This document shows, in pieces, positions 9,649 to 19,780 of a DNA stretch of 64,000 nt (within the stretch, counting starts at the first letter, position 1; every line of letters begins with the position of its first letter). Below the pieces are notes generated by a model. The model was not told the DNA's origin. It was given only the letters and a program-made list of their open reading frames with translations, and did not search any database. Source of the DNA: Eubacteriales bacterium (GTDB lineage Bacteria; Bacillota; Clostridia; Oscillospirales; CAG-272); assembly GCA_045543555.1 (NCBI GenBank), contig JAZQMQ010000018.1:10985-74984 (forward strand), given 5' to 3'. A program made the translations under genes and the position numbers.

Positions 9649-10467
9649 ATGAAGGTTCTTGTTTCCATTGACTCATTGGAGCATTAGCTCGCTCGATGCT
9701 GCAGAGGCAGTAAAGAACGAAATTCTCCGAGTATATGAGAACGCGGACGTGATTTGTCTTCCGCTCGCCGATGGCGGTGAGGGAACTGTAGAGTCACTGT
9801 GCAAAAACAGGATAAAAGTATCTGTTAAGGGACCTCTCGGAGAGCAGATAGTGTCGGAGTACGGAATTACCGACGACGGAAATACAGCGGTTATCGAAAT
9901 GGCATCGGCGGCGGGGCTTCCCCTTGTTCCCGAGAATAAGAGGGATCCGCTATATCCAACAACTTACGGCGTTGGAGAGCTTATGGATACGTGGCTTAAT
10001 TCTTATGCTGATAAAGCACAAGAGATTTTCCCGAATGCCGACAAAAATTATCCGGGGACCGGCGCGGCAGGAGGCTTGGGATTTGCTTTTATGACATTCT
10101 TAGGAGGAATTCTTCGTCCGGGTGTTGATATAGTTACCGAGCACATTTGCCTTGAGGAAAGGGTTCGGGATACTGATATCGTTGTAACGGGTGAAGGACG
10201 CATTGTCGGTCAGACCGTTATGGGAAAGGCACCTATAGGAGTTGCAAGGATTGCAAAAAAATACGGTAAGACGGTAATTGCTTTTTCGGGTAGCGTAACC
10301 GATGAAGCGGTTAAAATTAATACTCACGGAATAGATGCGTTTTTCCGATATCCAGAAAACCCACGACTTTAGCGGAAGCAATGAATAAGGAAAACGCAAT
10401 TAAAAATATGATAAGCACAACGGAGCAGTTGTTCAGGCTTATAAAAATAATGGAAATGGAGAATTAA
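9649..10467 (+). pseudogene. glxK: Glycerate kinase relic with an N-terminal frameshift, an internal deletion and a C-terminal frameshift
   Basis: MKVLVSIDS is followed by a frame break where FKGS is expected, then SISSLDAAEAV...LPLADGGEGT...TTYGVGELM. The sequence then jumps straight to ...GTGAAGGLGFAF...VVTGEGRI.GQT, so roughly 100 aa are missing. The tail ...AMNKENAIKNMISTTEQLFRLIK is in another frame. Confidence 0.75.
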
Positions 10468-10468
10468 A

Positions 10469-11176
10469 ATGATAAAGGTATTTGCTTTTGACTTGGATGG
10501 CACATTAACTCAGCACAAAACTCCTCTTGAGGAAAAAAACAGGACGGTCCTTGAAAAGTTGATGAAAAACCATACCTTGCTGATGGTCGGAGCGGGAAAC
10601 TGTATGCGTATTCACAATCAGCTTGGCGGTTTTCCAATGGATGTGATCGGTAATTACGGTATGCAGTATGCAAGATATGAAAACGGTGGGCTCAATCTTG
10701 TTCGTAATGACCGAATTTCGATAGCTGATAAGGAAAATATAGAAAAGAAAGTCACAGACTTGAGAGAGCGTTACGGCTATACCTCATTTGCCGGAGATAA
10801 CGTGGAATATCACGATTCGGGATGTATAACCATACCCCTTCTCGGTACAAAGGCAAAGCAGGAGGACAAGCTGAGCTTCGACCCCGACAGAAGCAAAAGA
10901 CGGGCGTTTTACAGTGAAGTCTGCGAAATATTCTCCGACTATAACGTATTCGTGGGCGGATCGTCTTCCTTTGATATGGCGCCAAAGCCCTTCAATAAAT
11001 ACTACGCTCTTGATCTTTGGTGCCGTGAGCACGGCTTTTCTCATGACGAAGTGGCATTTGTGGGAGACGATTATGGTCTGGGAGGCAACGACGAAAGCGT
11101 TTATTTGTCAGATTTTAAATTCATTAAGGTAGATGATTACACAAAGCTTGATGAGGCTCTCAATCATTGGCTCTGA
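10469..11176 (+). CDS. HAD-IIB family hydrolase
   Basis: The FAFDLDGTLT motif I is present, with GDDYGLGGNDES near the C-terminus. Confidence 0.75.
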   Translation: MIKVFAFDLDGTLTQHKTPLEEKNRTVLEKLMKNHTLLMVGAGNCMRIHNQLGGFPMDVIGNYGMQYARYENGGLNLVRNDRISIADKENIEKKVTDLRERYGYTSFAGDNVEYHDSGCITIPLLGTKAKQEDKLSFDPDRSKRRAFYSEVCEIFSDYNVFVGGSSSFDMAPKPFNKYYALDLWCREHGFSHDEVAFVGDDYGLGGNDESVYLSDFKFIKVDDYTKLDEALNHWL

Positions 11177-11189
11177 CGAAATTTAATTA

Positions 11190-12739
11190 AAGGAAATTTC
11201 GATAGAACATTACGCCTATTACGAGTATCTGCCATTTGATGATGAGCGCTTTTTACGGTAGTTCTTCTTCCAAGCGAGAATGGGCTTATCCGACGGTGAT
11301 TTTTCGCTCACCGTATGTAAGCAATACGGTAAATACCCCCGAAGAAGAGATACTTAACAGCTGTCTTGAGTCTTATGAAAAATGGCTTGATCGGGGTTAC
11401 GCGGTGGTTTTTCAGCATTGCAGAGGGCAGGGAAAAAGCACGGGAGCGTTCGTTCCGTACGAATGTGAGCGTGAGGATGGGCTTTTTTGCGCAGGTGGAT
11501 AAGGAAACAGCGCTTTTATAACGGAGAGCTTTATCTTGTCGGCGGAAGCCACGGTGCGTCGCTGCACTATTCTACCGCTCCTTTTGAAGAGGATATAAAG
11601 GGCGACGTCCTTGAGATACAGGATGAAGACAGATACCGTCTGTGGTGCCGGAACGGACAGATGAGAAAGGGTCATGCCAATTGGCATTTTGGACTATATA
11701 AAAGCAAATGCGGGCTGGATAAGACCTTTAATATGCGTTCATTTTCACGGCTTCCGCTAAAGCATCTGTCACAAAGAGTTTTAGGCGATCATACAGAGGA
11801 CTTTGAGCAAATGCTTGAGTGTCTCAATCCAACTGATAGCTTTTGGAGAACCCGAAACGGTGTCGGCGAGACAAAAAATGCCGCGGAAAACGCTGATATC
11901 CCGATTCTTACGACGACGGGCTATAATGATTTTTATGTGGGCGGCATATTTAAGATGTGGCAGAGACTAAGTGAAGAACGAAGGAAAAAATTCGATCTTC
12001 TTGTGTCCCCGTATAATCATGGCGATGGATATAATTCCGTTGGCGGTATGGCTTTTACCGACGGAAGACGTAGCGAGCATTTCGGAGGTACTTACCCCAT
12101 TGCTTGGATAGATAATATACGGCTGGGTACCGCACAACAGTTTGAAAAAGGTGTTGTCAGTTATTACAGAACGTTTGAAAACAGGTGGGGAAGCGATTTT
12201 TATTCGTCGGAAACGACACCACTGACGACCCCGCTTGGCGATGAAGAAAATAGCTTTGTTTACGATCCGTTTGATCCGCCCGCATTTTGCGAGGAAGGAA
12301 ACACCTTTGACCTTGAAGAGCAAAGGACGACGTAATAAGGGTTATACTGAAGGATTTTGAAAGGGATACGTTCGTTAAGGGAAGTATTGAGGTAAATCTA
12401 GCGGTTTCCTCCGACTGTGATGACACGTCGTTTTATATTCGCATCGGAGTTGAAAAATGCAGCAAAGGATATTCTCTCAGACACGATATAACATCACTCT
12501 GCTATCAGCTTGGCAATTATCAAAAGGGAAGCATTGTGACGCTCAATTTCAAGTTCGATGAATATACTTTCTTGATTGGAAAGGGCGAATGACTTGTGAT
12601 CGACATATTATCTACCGATGACAATATGTACGTTTGCCATACAAATAAAAAAGGTCCGTATCATCTGCAAAATGATTGCTCAAAGGCAAATAATACGGTG
12701 TATCTTTCTCATTCAAGCATTACGTTGCCGATCGAATAA
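11190..12739 (+). pseudogene. CocE/NonD-family (X-Pro dipeptidyl-peptidase-like) hydrolase relic with no start codon and at least three frame breaks
   Basis: ...YPTVIFRSPYV...GYAVVFQHCRGQGKSTG / WIRKQRFYNGELYLVGGSHGAS...LVSPYNHGD... / ...FVKGSIEVNLAVSSDCDDTSFYIRIGV...LVIDILSTDDNMYVCHTN. The C-terminal beta-sandwich is in a third frame and contains an internal TGA. Confidence 0.7.
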
Positions 12740-12743
12740 ATAT

Positions 12744-12788
12744 AAAGGATCACACGCATATTCAGGCGTGTGATCCTTTATATTTTGC
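12744..12788 (+). terminator. Rho-independent terminator
   Basis: A 14-bp stem, aaaggatcacacgc/gcgtgtgatccttt, is followed by a T-rich tract. Confidence 0.75.
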
Positions 12789-12824
12789 TTAAACAAAATA
12801 AAGTGAATTTTTTTGTAAAAAGGA

Positions 12825-12853
12825 TTGACAAAAACGATTTAAAGTGGTATTAT
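12825..12853 (+). promoter_or_regulatory. Sigma-A promoter of the amino-acid ABC operon
   Basis: TTGACA at 12825-12830, a 17-nt spacer, then extended -10 TGgTATTAT at 12845-12853. Confidence 0.65.
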
Positions 12854-12902
12854 GATATCACTTTAGTAAATTAAAGCGTTAAAACGCAACAGGAGAACAA
12901 AA

Positions 12903-13688
12903 ATGAAAAAGTTATTTGCACTCATTCTTACAGTAATTATGGTATGTACGCTCTTCGCGTCCTGCTCCGCTAACGGCAGCGACCTCGAAAGAGTAAAGAA
13001 GGCAGACAAGCTCGTTGTCGGTGTTACGGTATATCCTCCCATGGACTATATCGATGACGAAACAGGCGAATGGGCAGGATTTGACGCAGAGCTCGCTAAT
13101 ATGTTCGCTGATTCTCTTGGTGTAAACTGCCAGATCGTTATCATCACTTGGAGCCAGAAGGTTGCTGAGCTCAATTCCAAGCAGATCGACCTCGTATGGA
13201 ACGGTATGACCGCGTCCGACGAGCTCGGAAAGCAGATTGATTTTTCTGTTTCTTACGCAAAGAACGCACAGGTTGCTGTTGTAAAGAAGGGAAGCACTCT
13301 CACTAAGGACGGCGTAAAGGACGCTCAGATCGCTGTTGAGGGCGGTTCCGCAGGTGCTACCGTTGCAGAAGAAACAATCAAGGGAACCAAGATCAACAAG
13401 GTTACCGCACAGGTAGACGCACTTAACGAGGTTCTTGCAGGAACTTCCGACGTTGCGATCGTTGATATAACCATGGCTCAGAGCATCGTAGGTAAGGGAA
13501 CCTATGAAGGACTTGAGGTTCTTGAGGGCGCAAGCTACGGCGAAGAGGTATTCGCAGTAGGTCTTCGTAAGGGAAGCGATCTTAAGGCAAAGCTCGACAA
13601 GTTCTTAAAGGATAAGTACGCTGACGGTACACTTACAGCACTTGCTGAAAAGTATAACGTAGGTCTTAATACCGACGCGCTTAAGTGA
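12903..13688 (+). CDS. Polar amino-acid ABC transporter substrate-binding lipoprotein
   Basis: The signal peptide has the lipobox LFASC. The protein is SBP_bac_3-like (LVVGVT..YPPMDY, DLVWNGMTA). Confidence 0.85.
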   Translation: MKKLFALILTVIMVCTLFASCSANGSDLERVKKADKLVVGVTVYPPMDYIDDETGEWAGFDAELANMFADSLGVNCQIVIITWSQKVAELNSKQIDLVWNGMTASDELGKQIDFSVSYAKNAQVAVVKKGSTLTKDGVKDAQIAVEGGSAGATVAEETIKGTKINKVTAQVDALNEVLAGTSDVAIVDITMAQSIVGKGTYEGLEVLEGASYGEEVFAVGLRKGSDLKAKLDKFLKDKYADGTLTALAEKYNVGLNTDALK

Positions 13689-13701
13689 TCTCGGTGCGGG
13701 T

Positions 13702-14394
13702 ATGGGTATGTTTCTTAACGTATGTTCCCAGCTCGCAAATGGATTCGTAACGGCACTTTTACTGTTTGTATTAACGTTAATAGCTGCATTACCATTGGGG
13801 CTGCTTATGTCATTTTGCACGATGTCAAAGTTTGCCCCTTTGCGTTTGTTTACGAAGCTGATTGTTTGGGTACTCAGAGGTACACCTCTGATGCTTCAGA
13901 TATTTGCGATATACTATCTGCCTGGACTTCTTAATCTGTTCGTCTGGCCGCAGATGAATACGGGATGGCAGTGGTTTGATACCACGTTCTCAACAAGATT
14001 TATAGCGGCATTTGCAGCGTTTGCGATAAATTACGCGGCGTATTTCTCGGAAATATATCGCGGAGGCATACAGTCCATTTCAAAAGGACAGTATGAGGCG
14101 GGACAAGTGCTTGGACTTACCAAGAAGGAAGTATTCTTTAAGATCGTTATCCTTCAGGTCGTGAAGCGTATAATTCCTCCTATGTCTAATGAGATAATTA
14201 CTCTCATTAAAGATACCTCACTTGCCAACACAATAGCTGTATATGAGCTCATTTACGAGGCGAAGGAATTTATGACTGTAAACGGTCTTATCTGGCCGTT
14301 GTTCCTTGCGGGTGCCTTCTACCTGATATTTGTCGGAGTACTTACGATAGCTTTTAGCAAGATAGAAAAGCGTCTGAGTTACTTTGCGGCGTGA
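13702..14394 (+). CDS. Amino-acid ABC transporter permease (His/Glu/Gln/Arg/opine family)
   Basis: The EAA-type loop YEAGQVLGLTKKEVFFKIVILQ is present, along with multiple TM segments. Confidence 0.85.
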   Translation: MGMFLNVCSQLANGFVTALLLFVLTLIAALPLGLLMSFCTMSKFAPLRLFTKLIVWVLRGTPLMLQIFAIYYLPGLLNLFVWPQMNTGWQWFDTTFSTRFIAAFAAFAINYAAYFSEIYRGGIQSISKGQYEAGQVLGLTKKEVFFKIVILQVVKRIIPPMSNEIITLIKDTSLANTIAVYELIYEAKEFMTVNGLIWPLFLAGAFYLIFVGVLTIAFSKIEKRLSYFAA

Positions 14395-14405
14395 GGAGGT
14401 AAGAA

Positions 14406-15173
14406 ATGAACGTACTTGAAGTAAAAAACCTTCGAAAGCGCTTTGGCGAAACCGAGGTGCTCAAGGGCATAGATTTTACACTGAAAAAGGGCGAGGTCTT
14501 AACGATCATAGGATCCTCCGGCGGAGGAAAAACCACGCTGCTCCGTTGTCTTAATTTTCTTGAAAAGGCAAACAGCGGTGAGATAATCGTCAACGGAAAA
14601 ACCGTTTATTCTGCAGCCGAAGGCGAAAAGCCAATCGTTTCACAGGAAGCGCAGCTTTCCTTTGGACTTGTTTTTCAGCAGTTTAATCTTTTCCCGCAAT
14701 ACAGCGTGATAGAAAATCTTATGCTCGCTCCAAAGCTTAAAGCTAAACGCGAAAAAAAGCACGTCGATCGGGCAACGATCGTAGAGATCGAAGAAAGAGC
14801 AAGAAAGCTTCTTGATACCGTTGGCCTGACTGACAAGGCAAACGAATATCCCTGCCACCTTTCCGGAGGTCAGCAGCAGAGAGTTGCCATAGCGAGAGCG
14901 CTGATGCTTTCTCCCGATATTCTTTGCTTCGATGAGCCCACATCTTCACTCGATCCCGAACTCACGGGCGAGGTTTTGAGAGTTATCCGTTCTCTTAAGG
15001 ATTCGGAACGCACGATGATAATTGTAACTCACGAAATGGAATTCGCAAAGCACGTGTCCGATAAGATAATTTTCATTGCGGACGGAAAAATCGAGGAGCA
15101 GGGAACACCGGACGAAGTATTCGGTGATCCAAAGAGCGAAAAAACGAAGTCATTTTTATCTGCCGGTCAATAA
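14406..15173 (+). CDS. Amino-acid ABC transporter ATP-binding protein
   Basis: Walker A GSSGGGKTT, signature LSGGQQQRVAIARAL, Walker B ILCFDEPTSSLD. Confidence 0.9.
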   Translation: MNVLEVKNLRKRFGETEVLKGIDFTLKKGEVLTIIGSSGGGKTTLLRCLNFLEKANSGEIIVNGKTVYSAAEGEKPIVSQEAQLSFGLVFQQFNLFPQYSVIENLMLAPKLKAKREKKHVDRATIVEIEERARKLLDTVGLTDKANEYPCHLSGGQQQRVAIARALMLSPDILCFDEPTSSLDPELTGEVLRVIRSLKDSERTMIIVTHEMEFAKHVSDKIIFIADGKIEEQGTPDEVFGDPKSEKTKSFLSAGQ

Positions 15174-15180
15174 AAATGAT

Positions 15181-15213
15181 GCTTCCGCGCAAAATTGCGC
15201 GGAAGCTTTTTTT
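15181..15213 (+). terminator. Rho-independent terminator
   Basis: gcttccgcgc-aaaatt-gcgcggaagc is followed by ttttttt. Confidence 0.85.
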
Positions 15214-15220
15214 AATGATA

Positions 15221-15249
15221 TTGCAATTATAAAGTGTTTCTGTTATAAT
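15221..15249 (+). promoter_or_regulatory. Sigma-A promoter of the ECF S-component gene
   Basis: TTGCAA at 15221-15226, a 17-nt spacer, TATAAT at 15244-15249. Confidence 0.6.
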
Positions 15250-15283
15250 TAACAGAGTAAATTTTTGTTTAGTGAGTGTTTAT

Positions 15284-15808
15284 ATGAAAAGAAAAGAAAT
15301 TGAAAAGCTTGTGCTCAGTGGTATGTTCCTTGCAATAGGAATGGTACTTCCTATGCTGACGATGCAAATTAAGGAAATAGGCGATACACTCCTTCCCATG
15401 CATCTCCCGGTACTTCTTTGCGGATTTATATGCGGTTGGTCATACGGTGGAATGGTTGGGTTCATCTTGCCGTTTTTTAGGAGCCTTATTTTTGAAATGC
15501 CGCCAATTTATCCTCAGGCAGTTTGGACGTCGATGGAGCTGATGACTTACGGAATTGTCTGCGGTATATTATATTCAGTCATCGGGAAAAAGAAGCTTTG
15601 GGCTGTTTATTGCTCTCTCATTATATCCATGATTGCAGGCAGAATAGTTTGGGGTATTACAAAAGCCATACTTCTCGGTGTATCCGGTAAGAGCTTTACG
15701 TTTACAGCATTTATGATCGGAGGCTTTGCTGATGCTTTGCCGGGAGTTATTATACAGCTTATCCTTGTTCCCACAATCGTAATCCTATATGAAAAAAGAA
15801 GAGTATAA
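15284..15808 (+). CDS. ECF-transporter substrate-specific (S) component, substrate unknown
   Basis: A six-TM small protein with LPMHLPVLLCGFICGWSYGGMVGFILPFFRSLIF, which is typical of ECF S components. No riboswitch-length leader is present. Confidence 0.65.
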   Translation: MKRKEIEKLVLSGMFLAIGMVLPMLTMQIKEIGDTLLPMHLPVLLCGFICGWSYGGMVGFILPFFRSLIFEMPPIYPQAVWTSMELMTYGIVCGILYSVIGKKKLWAVYCSLIISMIAGRIVWGITKAILLGVSGKSFTFTAFMIGGFADALPGVIIQLILVPTIVILYEKRRV

Positions 15809-15947
15809 GGGCTGATACCGACGCTTGACAAATTGATCTGAATCGGTTTCCGCTCTTTTATAATTGTAATTATAAGTGTGCTCTAAGAGCCGGAAATACG
15901 TTTTCCTGCGAGCAGAAAAAGAAAGATACACAACGGAGATTATTTAC

Positions 15948-16468
15948 ATGGAAATTTTGGGCTACGCATGCGGAGTCGTGGCGGTAATACTGTTTATTTA
16001 ATCTTATCAGGTATTTGATAAGAAAAAATGCTTCTCATTCAGACTGTAGCAACTTTTATGAACGGTATGCAATATCTTTTTCTCGGAGCATGTTCCGGAC
16101 TTGCGATGAATATTTTGGGAATTGCCAGAAATCTAATCTATAGCAATAAGGAAAAGAGCAAGATCTGCGCAGCGAAATGGATGCCATGTGCTTTTGCCGC
16201 ACTTATGGCAGGTGTCAGTATCTTCATGTGGGAAGCATATTACTCAATATTCATAATTCTGGGAATAATGATAAATACAGTATGCTTAGGTGTGTTTGAT
16301 TCACAGCATATCAGATGGAGCATACTTATAAGCTGCCCCTTGATATTCATCTACAATGCCTTTACGGGAGCATATCCGGGAATGCTTAATGAAAGCATTT
16401 CGCCTGTATCGGCTATCGTTGGTATCATAAGATACCGTCGTGCGAAAAAAGAGGGAAAAACGGCATAA
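15948..16468 (+). pseudogene. YgjV-family membrane protein with a disrupted 5' end (premature TAA plus frameshift in an A-run); a 146-aa ORF remains from 16028
   Basis: MEILGYACGVVAVILFI is followed by TAA at 15999, then SYQVFDKKK and a frame change in aaaaaa at 16023-16028, then MLLIQTVATFMNGMQYLFLGACSGLAMNILGIARNLIY.... Confidence 0.5.
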
Positions 16469-16500
16469 TCTGATTTTCTTGTTTTGAAAGAGTTGGATCA

Positions 16501-16811
16501 TATGGAAATAATTAAGGATTTGTATTATTCAAAAGATCGTGATCTGGACAGATCTCTTGATATATATCCCCGACGGAAAAAGCGTAGCGGTTTTCGTTTA
16601 TTTTCAAGGAGGCCTTATTGTATCGGATAACGATATGGAGAATCGCTATGAGCAAACCATGCTGATGCTTTCTACGATGAAATCATTTGGATATAAAGGA
16701 TACGACCATATTGTCATACACGGTACACATTGTTCGTACTGCGCGGAGTGTGATGCGGACGGAAACAGTGTTCTTACAAAAATGATCTTCGATTTTGTGG
16801 ATAACGAATAA
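16501..16811 (+). pseudogene. Alpha/beta-hydrolase (esterase-like) relic, frameshifted and internally deleted
   Basis: MEIIKDLYYSKDRDLDRSLDIYP is followed in another frame by DGKSVAVFVYFQGGLIVSDN (compare the HGGG oxyanion block). Only about 100 aa remain. Confidence 0.4.
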
Positions 16812-16816
16812 TAAAA

Positions 16817-16848
16817 CAGAACGCAGATGACTTCACATCTGCGTTCTG
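16817..16848. terminator. Bidirectional terminator between convergent genes
   Basis: A 13-bp stem, cagaacgcagatg/catctgcgttctg, is flanked by an A-run and a T-run. Confidence 0.8.
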
Positions 16849-16851
16849 CTT

Positions 16852-18555
16852 TTATATATTGTTGTCCATCCAGCTCCAACGGTTTACTATAAAGTCACGG
16901 ATATATTGAATATGGGACTGGTAGGTCTTGTATTTTGTAATGCTTTTAGGCTGGGGGCTTACGGCTCTTTTTCCGAGTACGTTCCAAACCTTGAAGTTAT
17001 ATTCTGCACTTACAGAGAGTGTTTTTCCCATTTCGTCAACACAGTACAGTGCTTTTTCAAGAAGATCGTCCTTCGCCTCATCCCAGCGAAGCTTAAGCTT
17101 TGCTTTGAATGCAGGATCTTTCATGAGATAACACATCCAGTTGTCGTCGATATATTCGTGCTTTTGGGAAAGATTTGCCCAGGATGTGTAGTCACCGAAA
17201 TCGTTGTACAGATTACCCATTGCAAGATCGTAATCCCAAATAGGACCCATTTTAAGCAGTCCGCCGCTTTCCTTCATTATGAAGCAACTGCGTCTGAAGC
17301 AGGATTCGAGATTGTAGAAAAGCTCTGTGGATATAAACCAATCGATAAGATAGTCAACGTCGATATAGTTTTCGTAACCGTTTAAGGTTTTGACCGCTGA
17401 ATTTGCTTTTTTTACGTAATCTATAATGAAGTTTGCTTGTTCCTTTATAATTTTATCATCTTCGGGATATTCTATTGAGCAGTAGCGCACAAGGTCGGTG
17501 TGCAATGCGGTAAGACCGTATTGATCGTCGTCTTCAACACCTCCTATTTCTATAAGGAAGGAAGTGTCTGCTTCGCCGTTGTCTTTGGGAAGATCGATTC
17601 TGTTCTCCGAGATGTCTCTGTCCTCCCCTATAGTGTATACACCGATATATACACCGTTCAAAAATACGTTTACGGGGTATTGAGAGAGCGGACAAAGCTC
17701 GTGTGAGAGTACCTTTGAGGTTTCGTGTGCCACGAAATTTCTTATTAGTGAGTAATCAGCGTAGTTTGCAAGAAGTATCCATTTTTTTGCTTCTGCCATG
17801 CCGAGAACTTCGGTCTTATTATAAAATTTAAGCTTGTACGGCTTTTTCGCCCAACCCCAAGTGGAATTTCCTCTTCCTTTTATCTCTGCTCGGGTAGGCT
17901 CAAGTGATGCAAATCCCTCCGGAAGATACCAACCGTTAACGCCTTCGGCATCGATTGTGACCATGGCATCAATATATTCTTCTTTCGAGACAATTCCTTT
18001 TCCTTCTTCGGTGTCTATGCTTATTACAGGAATTACATTACCGCTGTATTCAACTATTATTTCATATTGTTTTGTGAGACCGTCGTTATCGGTCAGCGTG
18101 ATGTAGCAATTGTCTGTCAAATTGACCTTGCCACCATTGTTGGCACTTGAAAATTCGACCGTTGCGGCATCTGCTTCAACGTCAACAATCGCATTTTTCA
18201 GAGTGAATGAGTCTGTTGGAGCAATGACGGTGAAGATTGCTTTACCATCTTCAATAACAGCGGTCAGACTCTCGCACATATTTTTATTTTTGTTTTTATC
18301 GACCGTCAATGAGATAAGAAAGCAGCTTGGCTTCGGTGGCTCGGTTGTTACCTCCTCGGTTGTTGTTATCGCCTCTGTCGTTTCAGCTTCCGTCGTTTCT
18401 TCGGTTTTTGTGGTGGATGACGGAGTGTTTGGCTGGGTTATGGGGGCGGTTTCAGTTTCGGTAAACTTTGGGGCAGAGTTTTTCTCTGCACAGCCTACGG
18501 CAGAAAAAAGCAACGAGACTGAAGCAAGAATTAATGCGATTAGTCGTTTGATCAT
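16852..18555 (-). CDS. CotH-family (spore-coat-kinase-like) lipoprotein with a Thr/Glu-rich linker
   Basis: Lipobox LFSAVGC. The linker is TETETAPITQPNTPSSTTKTEETTEAETTEAITTTEEVTTEPP. CotH blocks KKPYKLKF, LLANYADYSLIRN and GPIWDYDLAMG are present. Confidence 0.8.
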   Translation of the reverse strand: MIKRLIALILASVSLLFSAVGCAEKNSAPKFTETETAPITQPNTPSSTTKTEETTEAETTEAITTTEEVTTEPPKPSCFLISLTVDKNKNKNMCESLTAVIEDGKAIFTVIAPTDSFTLKNAIVDVEADAATVEFSSANNGGKVNLTDNCYITLTDNDGLTKQYEIIVEYSGNVIPVISIDTEEGKGIVSKEEYIDAMVTIDAEGVNGWYLPEGFASLEPTRAEIKGRGNSTWGWAKKPYKLKFYNKTEVLGMAEAKKWILLANYADYSLIRNFVAHETSKVLSHELCPLSQYPVNVFLNGVYIGVYTIGEDRDISENRIDLPKDNGEADTSFLIEIGGVEDDDQYGLTALHTDLVRYCSIEYPEDDKIIKEQANFIIDYVKKANSAVKTLNGYENYIDVDYLIDWFISTELFYNLESCFRRSCFIMKESGGLLKMGPIWDYDLAMGNLYNDFGDYTSWANLSQKHEYIDDNWMCYLMKDPAFKAKLKLRWDEAKDDLLEKALYCVDEMGKTLSVSAEYNFKVWNVLGKRAVSPQPKSITKYKTYQSHIQYIRDFIVNRWSWMDNNI

Positions 18556-18714
18556 TATAAAAACACCTCGTTTAGAGTTACATTAATTATAATGTTACAG
18601 GACCGTTTTGTCAATACGGCATTTAAAACTTAAAGTGCCGCTTAAAAACTTGTATGACGTGTGATATAATTAATATCGGAATTACTCGGATATTTCACTT
18701 GATTGGAGAATATT

Positions 18715-19524
18715 ATGTTCCGAGAAAAGATCATAGAAAAATTTGTACTGGGAAAAAATGGTGATCGCTGATTGGCGAGGATATTATCGTTGAAGGAAAA
18801 TATTTTTACGCGGTAATCGACGGAGTTACATCAAAAAGTACAAAAACTTATAACGGTATGGAAACCGGACGCTATGGTGCTTATCTTGTCGCACAGGCAA
18901 TAGAGGACCTTGATGAATGGGATACGGCTGAGGAGGCTTTGAAAAAGATCGACAGCTGGATCGCGGATCAGTATGGCGATGAACTGCCCCCACCTGAGGA
19001 AAGGATACAGGCATGCGCGGTGATATACAGCCGTGCAAGAAGGGAAGTATGGAACTACGGAGACTGTGCTCTCATTATAAATGGTAACGTATATACTCAC
19101 GAAAAGAAGATCGATCAGGTGCTTGGCGGTCTCAGGGCCTTTATAATTCACGAAGCAATTAAGCTGGGCTGCGATACGGACTCGCTTTATGAAAACGACT
19201 TCGGCAGGGAAGCGATAATGCCGTATTTGAAGAAGCAGGCGATTTTTGCAAATCCCGACGGACCGTTCGGATATCCCGTTATCGACGGAAGCGGAATCAA
19301 CGTATCGATGATCAAGGTGTACGGGGTTGAAAAGGGGGGATATGGTAGTTCTTGCAAGTGACGGATATCCCGCCATTTGCCCAACGCTCGATGAGTCTGA
19401 GAAGGAGCTTAAGAGAATTCTTGATAGCGATCCGCTTGCTATTTGTGAAAACATTCAGACAAAAATGATGGTTAAAGGAAATCTGTCGTTTGATGACAGA
19501 GCTTACCTCTGCTTTGAAGTATAA
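18715..19524 (+). pseudogene. PP2C-like phosphatase-family gene (assignment tentative) with two frameshifts
   Basis: MFREKIIEKFVLGK / ...GEDIIVEGKYFYAVIDGVTSKS...YGVEKG / DMVVLASDGYPAI.... The second break is a 6-G run at 19330-19335 where 5 G would restore the frame. Confidence 0.5.
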
Positions 19525-19590
19525 TTATACACGCAAGTCAGATCAAAGGAATAAAATAATCATAAAAAGTAATAATTTGTTAAAAATACC

Positions 19591-19619
19591 TTGACAAATG
19601 ATTAAAGATGAGGTAAAAT
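19591..19619 (+). promoter_or_regulatory. Sigma-A promoter of the atypical Opp-like operon, giving a leader of about 160 nt
   Basis: TTGACA at 19591-19596, a 17-nt spacer, TAAAAT at 19614-19619. Confidence 0.65.
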
Positions 19620-19780
19620 GTCAGTAAATCTCTATGCAATTCTACTCCTGGGCTTTTTAACGGCGTGATCGTATCGAAGGCCCTTAAATATTGCATATAT
19701 TATTTTGAATATACGGTGAACACGCTGTTACGTGCCACCTTATATTATAAATTATTATTATGTTTTGGAGGAAACCCAAG

